Source of the DNA: an uncultured candidatus Porisulfidus sp.
GTDB taxonomy: Bacteria; Pseudomonadota; Gammaproteobacteria; Poriferisulfidales; Poriferisulfidaceae
Reading direction: 5' to 3'
Assembly: GCA_965204575.1 (NCBI GenBank)
Contig: OZ241993.1
Location: forward strand, 1,728,001 to 1,792,000
DNA length: 64,000 nucleotides
Shown: positions 51,436-61,556 of the stretch, in pieces
How the letters are laid out: every line of letters starts with the position of its first letter
How positions within the stretch are numbered: position 1 is the stretch's first letter
Translations under genes and position numbers: made by a program
The notes under the pieces: model-generated
The model's input: only the letters and a program-made list of their open reading frames with translations
What the model was told of the DNA's origin: nothing
Database searches by the model: none

Positions 51436-52502
51436 GCAGCCCGGCTGGCGCGCTGCCGTCGCGTCCGAACCGCCTCGGCCAAGCCTTCGAGCAACTGTTC
51501 CGTCTGCTCGAATCCGAGACAGGCGTCCGTAATGCTCTGGCCGTACTGCAACGACTCACCGGGAACCAGTTTCTGGTTGCCGCCGACCAGGTGGCTTTCC
51601 ACCATGACCCCGACGATCCGCCGGTCTCCCGCGCGAATCTGTTCGCCGATATTGTCGGCCACCCGCATCTGCTGCTCGGGAACCTTCCGGCTGTTCGCGT
51701 GGCTGCAGTCGATCATGACGCGGACCGGCAGTTTCGCCTGTTCCAGGCGCGCACAAACCTCCTCGACCGCATTGGCCTCGAAGTTCGGCTGCTGCCCGCC
51801 CCGCATGATGACGTGGGAATCCTCGTTGCCGGTCGTGTGAAAAATCGCGCTCCGCCCCTCCTTGGTAAGCGACAGGAAGCAGTGCGGCTGGGTGGACGAA
51901 CGCAATGCGTCCACCGCCACCTGGATGTCGCCGCTGGTCCCGTTCTTGAAGCCCACCGGGCAGGACAGCCCGGAGGCCAGTTCCCGGTGGCACTGGCTTT
52001 CAGTGGTGCGGGCACCGATCGCCCCCCAACTGACGCTGTCGGCGACGTACTGCGGCGTAATCAGGTCCAGGAACTCGGTGCCGGCCGGAAGCCCCTGCTC
52101 GCCCAGCCATACGAGCAACCCGCGAGCCAGGCGCAGACCGCGATTGATGTGGTAGCTGTCGTCCAGATCCGGGTCGTTGATCAAACCCTTCCAGCCGACC
52201 GTGGTGCGCGGCTTCTCGAAATACACCCGCATCACGATCAGGAGGTCTTCCGCCAGCCGGTCCCGGACCGGCTGCAGGCGCTGTGCGTACTCGTGCGCCG
52301 CCTCCACGTCGTGAATGGAGCACGGGCCGACGATCACCATCAGGCGATCATCCGATTGCTGCAGGATCTCGCGGATTTGCGCCCGCGCCTCGAACACCGT
52401 ACGCGCGCCCGCTTCCGTCAGCGGGAATTCTTCCAAGATCTCTTCCGGAGCACTGACGTTTTGCAAGTCCGTAATCCGCAAGTCGTCCGTTGGGTATTTC
52501 AT
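51432..52502 (-). CDS. aroG: DAHP synthase, class I-alpha (AroF/G/H type)
   Basis: GPCSIHD, RVYFEKPRTTVGWKG, AIGARTTESQ, DCSHANS, YGQSITDAC; regulatory isoform not determinable. Confidence 0.93.
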   Translation of the reverse strand: MKYPTDDLRITDLQNVSAPEEILEEFPLTEAGARTVFEARAQIREILQQSDDRLMVIVGPCSIHDVEAAHEYAQRLQPVRDRLAEDLLIVMRVYFEKPRTTVGWKGLINDPDLDDSYHINRGLRLARGLLVWLGEQGLPAGTEFLDLITPQYVADSVSWGAIGARTTESQCHRELASGLSCPVGFKNGTSGDIQVAVDALRSSTQPHCFLSLTKEGRSAIFHTTGNEDSHVIMRGGQQPNFEANAVEEVCARLEQAKLPVRVMIDCSHANSRKVPEQQMRVADNIGEQIRAGDRRIVGVMVESHLVGGNQKLVPGESLQYGQSITDACLGFEQTEQLLEGLAEAVRTRRQRASRAA

Positions 52503-53140
52503 GCGTCTATCCCCGCCGCCTCCGCGGCTTCCTGAAGGCGTGCCAGAATCGGCATGATCTGGTCATGCCGCATCTTCCATGCACCCTTGTTGACCACCAC
52601 GCGCGCACTGATTTCGGCGAGCGTGGCATACGGTTCCAATCCATTGGCGGCCAAGGTCCGGCCGGTCTCCACCAAATCCACGATGCAATCCGACAGCCCC
52701 GCCAGCGGCGCCAGCTCCATCGAGCCATACAATTTTATCGTAACGGCCTGCCTGCCGCGTGCGGCAAAAAACTCGCGGGCAAGGCGCACGTACTTGGTCG
52801 CCACCCGAACCCGGGGCTGTTCCAGGCAGGCTTCGCCGCCCTTCGGTCCGGCCACCACCATCCGGCAGCGCGCGATGCCGAGATCCAACGGCTCGTACAG
52901 GCCGGGAACCCGGCCCTCCATCAGCACGTCTCGCCCGGTAATTCCGAGTTCCGCCGCACCCAATGCCACGTAAGTCGGCACATCCGCGGCCCGCAGCACC
53001 ACCAACTCAAGGCCCGGCTCAGTGCACGGCAGGATCAATCGCCGGCTCTCCGCGGGGTCCTCTTTCGGCACGATATCGGCGCGCGCGAACACCTCAAGCG
53101 CTTCGCTCATGATGCGTCCCTTGGAAACAGCGATTCTCAT
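52499..53140 (-). CDS. hisG: ATP phosphoribosyltransferase, short form
   Basis: IAVSKGR, DVPTYV, ATKY, LYGSMELAP, DLVETGRTL; no C-terminal regulatory domain. Confidence 0.95.
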   Translation of the reverse strand: MRIAVSKGRIMSEALEVFARADIVPKEDPAESRRLILPCTEPGLELVVLRAADVPTYVALGAAELGITGRDVLMEGRVPGLYEPLDLGIARCRMVVAGPKGGEACLEQPRVRVATKYVRLAREFFAARGRQAVTIKLYGSMELAPLAGLSDCIVDLVETGRTLAANGLEPYATLAEISARVVVNKGAWKMRHDQIMPILARLQEAAEAAGIDA

Positions 53141-53151
53141 CGGGATTCTCC

Positions 53152-54408
53152 TCAACTCAAACGCTGGATGCTGGCGCCGAGGCGCTGGAATTTCTCTTCC
53201 ACGCACTCGTAGCCTCGATCAATGTGATAAACCCGATCCACGACCGACTCCCCTTCCGCCGCAAGACCGGCCAGAATCAGGCTGGCCGAGGCCCGAAGGT
53301 CCGTGGCCATCACCGGCGCGCCGGACAGCTTCTCCACGCCCTGGATGACGGCGGCACTGCCGTGCACCTCGATGTTCGCCCCCATCCGGACCAGTTCCTG
53401 GATGTGCATGAAGCGGTTCTCGAAAATCGTCTCGGTGATGGTGCTGGTTCCCTCCGCCACCGTGCTGACCGCCGTCATCTGCGCCTGCATGTCGGTCGGA
53501 AACCCCGGGTACGCCGCCGTATAGACATCGGCGGCCCGGGGGCGGCGACCCCGCATGTCGATCTCCACGTAGTCCTCGCCCAACTCGACGCTTGCGCCGT
53601 ACTCGCCGAGCTTGACCAGCACGGCTTCCATCGTGTCCGGCCGCACCTGGCTGACCCGGATTTTTCCGCCGGTCGCGCATGCTGCAGCCAGATAGGTCGA
53701 GGCCTCGATCCGGTCGGGCAGCACCTGATGCGTCGCACCCTGCAGTTCACGAACGCCCTCGATCTCGATGCGGCTGGTTCCGGCTCCGCGAATACGCGCA
53801 CCCATCGCTGTCAGGCAACGTGCCAGGTCCTCGACTTCCGGTTCGCGGGCGGCATTCTCGATCACGGTCGTGCCCTCGGCCAGCGTCGCGGCCATCATCA
53901 GGTTCTCGGTCCCGGTCACCGTGATCTGATCCAGGGCCAAGTGAGTCCCCTTCAGGCGCTTGGCCCGCGCCCGGATGTAGCCGTTGTTCACGTCGATGGC
54001 CGCGCCCATCGCGGCCAGCCCATGCAGGTGCAGGTCGATCGGCCGGGTCCCGATCGCGCATCCCCCCGGCAACGAGACTTCCGCTTGGCCGTAGCGTGCC
54101 AGCAACGGCCCCAGCACGAGAATGGACGCCCGCATGGTTCGCACGATGTCGTACGAGGCGTAGCAGCGGTTGACCTCGCGGGTGTCGACGCGCAGGCTGT
54201 TGTCTTCGCCCAATGTCACCGTCGCCCCCATGCTGCCCAGCAGCCGCATGGTCGAGGCCACGTCCTGCAAATGCGGGGCGTTCTGGATCAGCAGGGGCTC
54301 CTCGCCCATCAGCGAGGCGGCCAGCACGGGCAACACCGAGTTCTTGGCGCCGGAGATTGACACCTCGCCACACAGCGGCGTTCCGCCTTGAATCAGCAGC
54401 CTGTCCAT
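53152..54408 (-). CDS. murA: UDP-N-acetylglucosamine 1-carboxyvinyltransferase
   Basis: [40 protein letters not shown]. Confidence 0.98.
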   Translation of the reverse strand: MDRLLIQGGTPLCGEVSISGAKNSVLPVLAASLMGEEPLLIQNAPHLQDVASTMRLLGSMGATVTLGEDNSLRVDTREVNRCYASYDIVRTMRASILVLGPLLARYGQAEVSLPGGCAIGTRPIDLHLHGLAAMGAAIDVNNGYIRARAKRLKGTHLALDQITVTGTENLMMAATLAEGTTVIENAAREPEVEDLARCLTAMGARIRGAGTSRIEIEGVRELQGATHQVLPDRIEASTYLAAACATGGKIRVSQVRPDTMEAVLVKLGEYGASVELGEDYVEIDMRGRRPRAADVYTAAYPGFPTDMQAQMTAVSTVAEGTSTITETIFENRFMHIQELVRMGANIEVHGSAAVIQGVEKLSGAPVMATDLRASASLILAGLAAEGESVVDRVYHIDRGYECVEEKFQRLGASIQRLS

Positions 54409-54426
54409 TGGAAAACTGGACGCTGC

Positions 54427-55083
54427 TTAGGCGTGCGCATGCGGCGTAAATCGCCGGGAAGTCTTCCCGTGCGTTTCGCCACGCAGACGCTCAATCACGG
54501 CATCCAGGCCATTCTGTTTGATTTCGGGGCGCAGGCTGTCCTTCAGGCTCTTGATCAGGAAAATCCCGTCGGCGCGGATCTCGAACACGTACCACTCGCC
54601 CTCGATTTCGCGCATCAGGTAGGTCAGGTCGACCGGAGCCTTGCCGGACATCAGGAATTCCGTGCGGACGACTTGGTAGGCTTTGCCGGGCTTGAGCTCG
54701 AACGGCAGGTACTGCACTTTGCCGTCGGCGTACTTGAGGATGACCCTCGCGTACAGTTCGAGCAACTGCCGCTTGAGTGAAACAATGAACTCGTCGCGTT
54801 GCGTCGGTGTCGCCTCCTGATAGATCTTCTTGCCGAGGATGATCTTCAGGATCTGGTCGTAATCCAGCACGCCGTCCAGCGTGGCGTCCACGAACGTGTA
54901 CAGTGCCTCGCCATCGCGCTCGAATTCGTCCATTCTCAAGCGGATTTGCTCCAGCAACTCATCGCTGACGCCCTGCAGGCGGACTTGCGGGGATTCCGCC
55001 GCGGCCCCGGCACCCGCCCACAGCAACAGGGCGGCAAGCGCGAATGCGCCCCCGGACAAACGCAGCGATGCAATGTTCGTCAT
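54427..55083 (-). CDS. mlaC: MlaC/Ttg2D periplasmic phospholipid-binding protein
   Basis: Signal peptide, LG...AT..Q...F, W.VF.I..DGI, GLDAVI; upstream of murA. Confidence 0.8.
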   Translation of the reverse strand: MTNIASLRLSGGAFALAALLLWAGAGAAAESPQVRLQGVSDELLEQIRLRMDEFERDGEALYTFVDATLDGVLDYDQILKIILGKKIYQEATPTQRDEFIVSLKRQLLELYARVILKYADGKVQYLPFELKPGKAYQVVRTEFLMSGKAPVDLTYLMREIEGEWYVFEIRADGIFLIKSLKDSLRPEIKQNGLDAVIERLRGETHGKTSRRFTPHAHA

Positions 55084-55164
55084 TATCAATCTCACAGCGG
55101 ATTTGCGAATTATAGCAAGCGGAACTTTATTTCTCCGCGGCTTGTTCGAGCTAAACTAAAAGCG

Positions 55165-55407
55165 TTACGAGCCCTCAGCCTCTGTAGCCTTTGCATGTAG
55201 ACGATCCAGCTTGTCGAGCAATCTCAGCCCAAGTGCTTTGTCGCCGCGTGATGCACGGAGTCGAAAACGCATTTCGGTATCGTGTTCGGCCAGCGCCCGA
55301 ACAGAGAGCTCCTCCATCAGCTTATTAACGCTCAGGCCTCGTTGCGCGGCCATAGCCGCCAAACGGTCGCGATGAGCATCAGGGAGCCGAATTGTCAATG
55401 TAGCCAT
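55165..55407 (-). CDS. RHH/HicB-like antitoxin
   Basis: MATLTIRLPDAHRDRL..MA..RGLSVNKLMEEL; AAGGAG RBS; immediately after the PIN gene. Confidence 0.85.
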   Translation of the reverse strand: MATLTIRLPDAHRDRLAAMAAQRGLSVNKLMEELSVRALAEHDTEMRFRLRASRGDKALGLRLLDKLDRLHAKATEAEGS

Positions 55408-55408
55408 A

Positions 55409-55837
55409 TTAGTCTCCTTTACGTTCAAGCCAAGCTCTTGGTGTGATGATGCGGAAACTGTCAAAAACCAATTCACCAGCTGCAATATCTTTGGCATTGC
55501 CGGTCACAATCCATTCTGCATTTCCTGCAACCGCCAGTTCGATTAAGTGGTTGTCGGACTCGTCCGGCAGATTCGGGCGCCAGAGAAATGCGACGTTTAT
55601 CCACTGACAAACACCAAGAAACGCATCCAGCAACATTATCCGCTCCTCCGAACTGAGTGGAGCCATAGCAAACAACTCTTCCCTCGACAACACATCCTCA
55701 TATTCCAAAAATAAGGAGTTGCTGATGAGCGGCCGAGCTTCCTCAGTCAAACACTGCCGCAAGACATTCCGCGCCGCGCCATCAGGAGACAGGATCGCAG
55801 AGACCAAAATGTTCGTGTCAACCACAATCCTGCACAT
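55409..55837 (-). CDS. PIN-domain toxin (PIN_3/TIGR00305-like)
   Basis: IVVDTNILVSA, EYEDVL, WRPNLPDESDNHLIELA, IVTGNAKD. Confidence 0.88.
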   Translation of the reverse strand: MCRIVVDTNILVSAILSPDGAARNVLRQCLTEEARPLISNSLFLEYEDVLSREELFAMAPLSSEERIMLLDAFLGVCQWINVAFLWRPNLPDESDNHLIELAVAGNAEWIVTGNAKDIAAGELVFDSFRIITPRAWLERKGD

Positions 55838-55843
55838 TGCGAC

Positions 55844-55865
55844 ATGATAGCATATATGCTGTCAT
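55844..55865. promoter_or_regulatory. Palindromic operator of the PIN-antitoxin operon
   Basis: ATGATAGCATA|TATGCTGTCAT, 10 of 11 arms matching, immediately upstream of the PIN start. Confidence 0.65.
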
Positions 55866-55909
55866 ATGTCGTGGGAGATTTGCTATTGATAGGTGCTTAT
55901 GACAATACA

Positions 55910-56155
55910 TCAAATGCCCGGCCCGCCGTAGATGAAGTTTCGCAATTCAGGCCAAGAATACTGCTCAAAGGGGTCACTTGCGTCCGGGTCTCCAACCCTA
56001 AGATCAGAAAGGGTGTATTTGCTACCGGGAGTTGAAGGCGGAAGTAGGTTGCGAAGCCCTTCCTCTACGGCGGCATGCAAGGGCTTCCCCGTTTCTTTTG
56101 CTTAGCGCTTGGCCCGGGTGAGCAATTCGTCGTGAATGTCTAGTGTTATCTTCAT
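55910..56155 (-). pseudogene. VapB-like (DUF2191-type) antitoxin with an internal stop
   Basis: MKITLDIHDELLTRAKR*AKETGKPLHAAVEEGLRNLL...YSWPELRNFIYGGPGI; TAA at 56102-56104. Confidence 0.75.
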
Positions 56156-56326
56156 GACCACCATCTGACTCATATGTAAAGAGCAGGGGAATGGTTTACT
56201 GATTCCTGCTGCATTGGACGGAAGTCTTCTCGGACAACACGGCATCCCGGGAAAATCATACTATTTATAATTGGCCACGTTATCCATACTTCCTGCGTTC
56301 ATAGCCTTTCAGGCTTCTCCCCCTCA

Positions 56327-56914
56327 ATGCGCCCCCTTATCCTCGGCAGCAGTTCTCCTTATCGCCGGGAACTCCTCGAACGCCTGCACTTGGATTTCAC
56401 GGTGGACGCTCCCGACATCGACGAAACGCCCCAGCCCAGCGAGACAGCCCCGGATTATGTCCGGCGGCTTGCTCACGAGAAGGCCGAGGAAGTCGGAAGC
56501 CGGCATCAGGACGCCCTCGTCATCAGCAGCGACCAGTGCGCGGAACTGAACGGGCAATTGCTCGGCAAACCTGGCACACACGACGCGGCCGTGGAGCAAT
56601 TACGCCGGTTGAGCGGGCAGGAAGCGACTTTTTTGACCGGGCTGTGCCTGCTCGACACCGGAAACGGCACGTGCCACTACTCCGAATCCCGCCACACGGC
56701 GTACTACAAGGAGTTGGGCGAGGATGCGATCGAGCACTACCTGCAGAGCGAACAGCCCTACAACTGCACTGCGAGTTTCAAATCCGAAGGGCTCGGCATC
56801 AGCCTGGTGCACCACATCAGCGGCGACGACCCGACGGCCCTGATCGGCCTGCCGATGATCCGTTTGATTGAAATGCTGCGGGAAGCGGGTCTTGATATCC
56901 CGGGCGCGGACTAG
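56327..56914 (+). CDS. Maf family nucleoside triphosphate pyrophosphatase (YceF type)
   Basis: LILGSSSPYRRELL, IDETP, ISSDQ, GKP, FKSEGLG, LIGLP. Confidence 0.93.
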   Translation: MRPLILGSSSPYRRELLERLHLDFTVDAPDIDETPQPSETAPDYVRRLAHEKAEEVGSRHQDALVISSDQCAELNGQLLGKPGTHDAAVEQLRRLSGQEATFLTGLCLLDTGNGTCHYSESRHTAYYKELGEDAIEHYLQSEQPYNCTASFKSEGLGISLVHHISGDDPTALIGLPMIRLIEMLREAGLDIPGAD

Positions 56915-57834
56915 AACCGCACCGGGTTACGCAACCAGGATTCCGCCATCTGGCCCAGCCGGGCTCCGACCCGGTCCGCCACGCGCTCCAGGAAATCCGG
57001 CTCATAGGTGTAATTCACCACTGTCTCGGCTCCGACCTGGTCGCGCGCAACCTGCGCGACATCCGAAAATCCATCCACCAGCCCCATCTCCTGCGCCTGA
57101 TCGCCGGTCCAGATCCGCCCGTCGAACACCTCTTCGTCCAAGGCCGTCAAACGGTCTCCCCGGGCCTCCTTGACGGCGTTCTCGAACCGTTGGTGGATCC
57201 GGTCCACCAGGTCCTGAAGATGCGCCTCGGCCTCCGGATCCTGCGGCAGGAACGGATCGAGCATCGCCTTGTGCCGCCCGGAAGCCGTCACGCGCCGCTC
57301 AATGCCCCATTCCTCAATCAGTTCGGCGAAGCCAAACCCGCTGGCGATCACGCCGATAGAACCGACCAGGCTGGAACCGTTGACGTAGATCTCGTCTGCC
57401 TCGACGGCAATGTAGTAGGCGGCAGACGCGCACAGGTCCTCGACCACCGCATAGATTTTCTTTTCCGGGAATTCCGCCTTCAGCCTCTGGATCTCCGCAC
57501 TAATGCGATCCGCCTGGACGGGAGACCCGCCAGGGCTGTTGATGCGCAACACCACCCCTTTTGCCTGTTCTTCCTCGAATGCCTCGCGCAGCGATTGGTT
57601 GATGAATTCCGCGCTGGCCGGAGCCTGGGGCACGATTGGGCCGAACACGTCGATCCGGGCGGTATGCGCATCCTGCCTCGGCAACGAGGACTCCCCTCCG
57701 AGCATCGCGAGCAGGATCAGCAACAGGAGTAGGAACGGAATCGCGGCGAACGCGGTCCGCCAGCGCCGGGCGCGACGGGTTTCGGCGGTCAGTTCGCGAA
57801 CCGCGACGACGAGAGCGGATTCTTCTTCATCCAT
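56911..57834 (-). CDS. sppA: S49 family signal peptide peptidase (short SppA type)
   Basis: RINSPGGSPVQ, CASAAYY, GSIGV, FDGRIWTG. Confidence 0.9.
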   Translation of the reverse strand: MDEEESALVVAVRELTAETRRARRWRTAFAAIPFLLLLLILLAMLGGESSLPRQDAHTARIDVFGPIVPQAPASAEFINQSLREAFEEEQAKGVVLRINSPGGSPVQADRISAEIQRLKAEFPEKKIYAVVEDLCASAAYYIAVEADEIYVNGSSLVGSIGVIASGFGFAELIEEWGIERRVTASGRHKAMLDPFLPQDPEAEAHLQDLVDRIHQRFENAVKEARGDRLTALDEEVFDGRIWTGDQAQEMGLVDGFSDVAQVARDQVGAETVVNYTYEPDFLERVADRVGARLGQMAESWLRNPVRF

Positions 57835-57846
57835 GGCAGCTTTCCT

Positions 57847-58764
57847 CTAGGACTCTGATTGTACTGAATCTTCGGGATCGGCCATCAGGCGCCGAGGCTG
57901 GAGCCATCCCGTCTCCAGTACTTCGGCCACACCGAAAAACTGGCCCTGCGCATCCTGCAATTTCCAGAATCCCGCAGATCCCTCGTGAACGATCTGCTGC
58001 CCCTTGCGCAACGCGGCCTCCTCGCTCGCCGTGCAGGAATGAACCGGCCATTCGGGCAGCACCGCATCCGCAGGGAGCAATCGCGCCAGGCGCGCTTCCT
58101 CGGAATCGGCCTCGACCTGCTCCAGGCTCACCGCCTGGGATCCGTCAAAAACCCCGAGCTCCGTGCGCCACAGTTGGCTCACGTATGCCCCACAACCCAA
58201 CGCCCGGCCGATATCGTGTCCCAGCGAGCGCACATACATGCCCTTGCCGCAGGAAACCTCAAGCTCCCACTCCTCCCGGCGGTCCGCAAGCAACTCCAGC
58301 CGGTCGATCCTTACCTCGCGGGGAGGCCGGTCGACCACCTTGCCTTCGCGAGCCAGTTCGTACAGGCGCCGCCCTTCGCTGTGGAGCGCGGAATACATCG
58401 GCGGGACCTGTTGGATCGTCCCAGTAAAGCGGGACAGCAGGTCTTCGATCTCGGTGCGCTCCAGCGAGGGGATTTCGGCACAGGGCGGAGCCGCCGCCAA
58501 GCTTTCCGCATCATGGCTGTCCGTCTCCCGGCCCAGCCGGATCGTGAACCGGTAGGATTTCGGGGCATCCAGCAGGTAGGCGCACCAGCGGGTGGCCGGG
58601 CCCAGGGCGATGGCGAGGAGCCCGCTCGCCAACGGGTCGAGGGTGCCCGCATGTCCGGCACGCTTCGCCTGGAAGAGGCGCTTGATTCGGGATACGGCAC
58701 GGGTCGAACTCAGCCCGACCGGCTTGTCCAGCAGCAACCAGCCGCAGGGCACAGGTGGAGTCAC
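57847..58764 (-). CDS. truB: tRNA pseudouridine(55) synthase
   Basis: LDKP, GHAGTLDPLASG, QVPPMYSA, CGKGMYVRSL. Confidence 0.96.
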   Translation of the reverse strand: MTPPVPCGWLLLDKPVGLSSTRAVSRIKRLFQAKRAGHAGTLDPLASGLLAIALGPATRWCAYLLDAPKSYRFTIRLGRETDSHDAESLAAAPPCAEIPSLERTEIEDLLSRFTGTIQQVPPMYSALHSEGRRLYELAREGKVVDRPPREVRIDRLELLADRREEWELEVSCGKGMYVRSLGHDIGRALGCGAYVSQLWRTELGVFDGSQAVSLEQVEADSEEARLARLLPADAVLPEWPVHSCTASEEAALRKGQQIVHEGSAGFWKLQDAQGQFFGVAEVLETGWLQPRRLMADPEDSVQSES

Positions 58765-59126
58765 GGAGCCGTCTTGGCGCGGGTGGATGTCTCCAGAAGA
58801 CTTTCGATCCGCTCCGCCCGGTCCTCGGTATCGTCCAGGACGAAGCGCAGCTTCGGCACATAGCGCAGACCGCCACGATCGCCGATCAACCGACGAAAGA
58901 ACGGCGTGCTGCGTGCGAACCCGGCTTCGATTTCCGCGCGCCGGCTCGAATCCGGCGTTTCCGCGCTGATGACGTACACGGTGGCATGCTTCAGGTCCCG
59001 GCTCATGACGACCTCGGAAACCGTCAGCCGCCGCAGGCGCGGATCGTTGACTTCATGCAGCAAGGCCGGGCCGAGAAGCCTGCGAACCTGTTCGCCCACC
59101 GCCACCGGGCGCTGTCCGGGGATCAC
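58761..59126 (-). CDS. rbfA: Ribosome-binding factor A
   Basis: DPRL, SRDLKHATVY, LRYVPKLRF; infB-rbfA-truB synteny. Confidence 0.92.
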   Translation of the reverse strand: MIPGQRPVAVGEQVRRLLGPALLHEVNDPRLRRLTVSEVVMSRDLKHATVYVISAETPDSSRRAEIEAGFARSTPFFRRLIGDRGGLRYVPKLRFVLDDTEDRAERIESLLETSTRAKTAP

Positions 59127-59135
59127 TGCGTTCTC

Positions 59136-61541
59136 CTAGAGCGTGCGAGCGGTCTCCACGCGCCGGTAGACCTCGATCTGGTCTCCCACCTGGACATCGT
59201 TGTAGTTCACCACGGCGATGCCGCACTCGGTTCCGGCCTGCACTTCCCCGACGTCCTCCTTGTGGCGGCGCAGGGACTCGAGTTCCCCCTCGTAAATGAC
59301 CACGTTCTCGCGCAGCACCCGGATCGGGTAGCCTCGCTGGACCATGCCTTCGGCGACCCGGCACCCGGCCACCGGCCCCATCTTGCTGGAACGGAATACT
59401 TCCAGCACTTCGGCCAAGCCCATGATCTCTTCGCGAACCTCCGGCGCCAGCTGCTTCTCGAGCAGCGCCTTGACGTCGTCAATCAGTTCGTAGATTACGT
59501 TGTAGTAGCGCAAATCGAGGTTTCGATCCGCGATGGTGCGTCGCGCCGCATTGTCGGCGCGGACATTGAAGCCCAGCAGGATGGATTTGGAAGCATCCGC
59601 CAGCAGGGCGTCCGATTCGTTGATGCCGCCGATCCCCGAGAGCACGATCTTGATCTGCGCCTCGTCGGTGGAGAGTTTCTCCAGCGACTCGCGCAGGGCT
59701 TCGCCACTGCCCCGCACATCCGTCTTGATGATCAGGTTGAGGGCTGCCTTCTGCTCCTCGTCCATCTGCGCCACCCAGGCCAAGCCGGCCTCGCGGGGCT
59801 CATCCGTCTGCAGGTGTCGCACGGCTTCCTTGCGGTGATCCACAATTTCCCGCGCCTTCTGCTCGTCGGCCACCACATGCATCGGGTCGCCTGCCTGAGG
59901 CACGCCCGACAGGCCCAGCACCAGGACCGGAAACGCTGGCCCCGCCTGCTCAACCTTCTGGCCACTGTCGTCGAACATTCCCTTGACGCGTCCGTACTCC
60001 TGGCCGCACAGCAGCAAGTCGCGCTGGCGCAAGCAACCTTCCTGGACCAGGACCGTCACGGTCGCGCCCCGGCCACGATCCAGGCTGGATTCGACGACCA
60101 CGCCGCGGGCCATCCCCTCGGCTGGCGCCTTCAAATCCAACACTTCCGCCTGCAGGGTGATCGCCTCCAGCAGCGAATCCATCCCCTCCCCGGTCTTGGC
60201 CGAAACCTGGACGAACATGGTGTCGCCTCCCCAGTCTTCGGGCTGCACACCGAGCGCCGAAAGCCCGGTCCGAACCTTTTCGGGATCCGCATTGTCGCGA
60301 TCGATCTTGTTGACCGCCACGATGATCGGGACTTCCGCGTCGCGGGCATGCTGGACCGCCTCTTCGGTCTGCGGCTTCACGCCATCGTCGGCGGCCACCA
60401 CCAGCACGATGAGGTCCGTGCACCGCGCACCGCGCCCGCGCATGGCGGTAAACGCGGCATGGCCCGGCGTGTCCAGGAACGTGATCTTGCCGTTCGGAGT
60501 CTCCAGCTGGTAGGCCCCGATATGCTGGGTAATCCCGCCCGCTTCACCAGCGGCAACCCGGGTTTTTCTCAGGTAGTCCAGCAACGAGGTCTTGCCGTGG
60601 TCGACATGGCCCATGACCGTCACCACGGGCGGTCGCGACACGGGGTCGCCGGTCGGCACGCAATCCACCAGCAGATCGGCTTCCACATCCTCGACATGCA
60701 CCCGCTGCACCTTGTGGCCCATGTTCTCGACCACCAGCTCCGCGGTATCGGGATCCAGCGAATCGTTGATGGTCGCCGTCTCGCCCAGATCCATCAGCGT
60801 CTTGATTACCGCCGAGGCCTTGACCGCCATCGCCATCGCCAGTTCCGCCACCGTCACGGGCCCGGCCAGGGCGACTTCCCGGACGATCTGTGCCGTCGGT
60901 TCCGTGAATTGATGCTTGTTGTCGACCACCACCCGGGCCTGTTTCTTCGCGCGCGGCTTGCGCGTCCGGCGCTGGTCGTCGATATGCAGCTGGCCGCGGT
61001 GCCGTTCCCGGCTCGGGCCCGGCTTGCCGCGGGGTTCCCGGTCTTCCCGGAGCTTGGCGCGGGGTTTCGCCTTCCGCCCGGCACGGGGCGCGGCACCCGC
61101 TGCGGGCTTACGTTTCTCTTCTCCGGGCTGTGCTTCGGGCTTCGCTTTCTTCTCTTTCGGTTCCGCCTGTTGGGCCTCGGCCGGAACCTCGGCTGGAGCG
61201 TCCGGCGGAGACTCGGGAGCCGGTTCCGGCTCCGGCGCCTTCTCGGGGGCCTCGATCTTGGGCCGCACCAGGCGGTATTTGCCCTTGACCTTGACCTTGA
61301 CCCGATTGCGCCCGGGTCCGCCGGTCCGCGGAATCTCTACCTGGCCCGCCGACGGCCGGGACTGCACCAGGGTCGCGCCCGTGGGCCCGCCATTGCGCAT
61401 GTAGCGCACCAGTTGTTTCTTGTCGTCGTCGCTGAGCGTGTCCTGCTCGTCCTTTTTGGCCAACCCGGCATGCCGGCACATCGCGAGCAACTGCTCGGGC
61501 GACATGCGCAGGGAAGGAGCGTATTCAGCGATCGTGGCCAT
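59136..61541 (-). CDS. infB: Translation initiation factor IF-2
   Basis: [42 protein letters not shown]. Confidence 0.98.
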   Translation of the reverse strand: MATIAEYAPSLRMSPEQLLAMCRHAGLAKKDEQDTLSDDDKKQLVRYMRNGGPTGATLVQSRPSAGQVEIPRTGGPGRNRVKVKVKGKYRLVRPKIEAPEKAPEPEPAPESPPDAPAEVPAEAQQAEPKEKKAKPEAQPGEEKRKPAAGAAPRAGRKAKPRAKLREDREPRGKPGPSRERHRGQLHIDDQRRTRKPRAKKQARVVVDNKHQFTEPTAQIVREVALAGPVTVAELAMAMAVKASAVIKTLMDLGETATINDSLDPDTAELVVENMGHKVQRVHVEDVEADLLVDCVPTGDPVSRPPVVTVMGHVDHGKTSLLDYLRKTRVAAGEAGGITQHIGAYQLETPNGKITFLDTPGHAAFTAMRGRGARCTDLIVLVVAADDGVKPQTEEAVQHARDAEVPIIVAVNKIDRDNADPEKVRTGLSALGVQPEDWGGDTMFVQVSAKTGEGMDSLLEAITLQAEVLDLKAPAEGMARGVVVESSLDRGRGATVTVLVQEGCLRQRDLLLCGQEYGRVKGMFDDSGQKVEQAGPAFPVLVLGLSGVPQAGDPMHVVADEQKAREIVDHRKEAVRHLQTDEPREAGLAWVAQMDEEQKAALNLIIKTDVRGSGEALRESLEKLSTDEAQIKIVLSGIGGINESDALLADASKSILLGFNVRADNAARRTIADRNLDLRYYNVIYELIDDVKALLEKQLAPEVREEIMGLAEVLEVFRSSKMGPVAGCRVAEGMVQRGYPIRVLRENVVIYEGELESLRRHKEDVGEVQAGTECGIAVVNYNDVQVGDQIEVYRRVETARTL

Positions 61542-61556
61542 CTTGATTGATCCCGA

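Noticed and set aside
56053-56087. 9-bp inverted repeat GAAGCCCTT...AAGGGCTTC as a MITE or terminator
   Set aside because: Lies within the VapB-like pseudogene coding sequence; no second copy or target duplication seen
56280-56288. DnaA-box-like TTATCCATA
   Set aside because: Single 8/9 match, no cluster or unwinding element
58755-61550. Very long antisense ORFs (931 aa here; also 22607-24412, 49987-51840, 61674-63488, 4440-6278, 15813-17528)
   Set aside because: Shadow frames opposite well-supported genes, expected at high GC3; no motifs of their own
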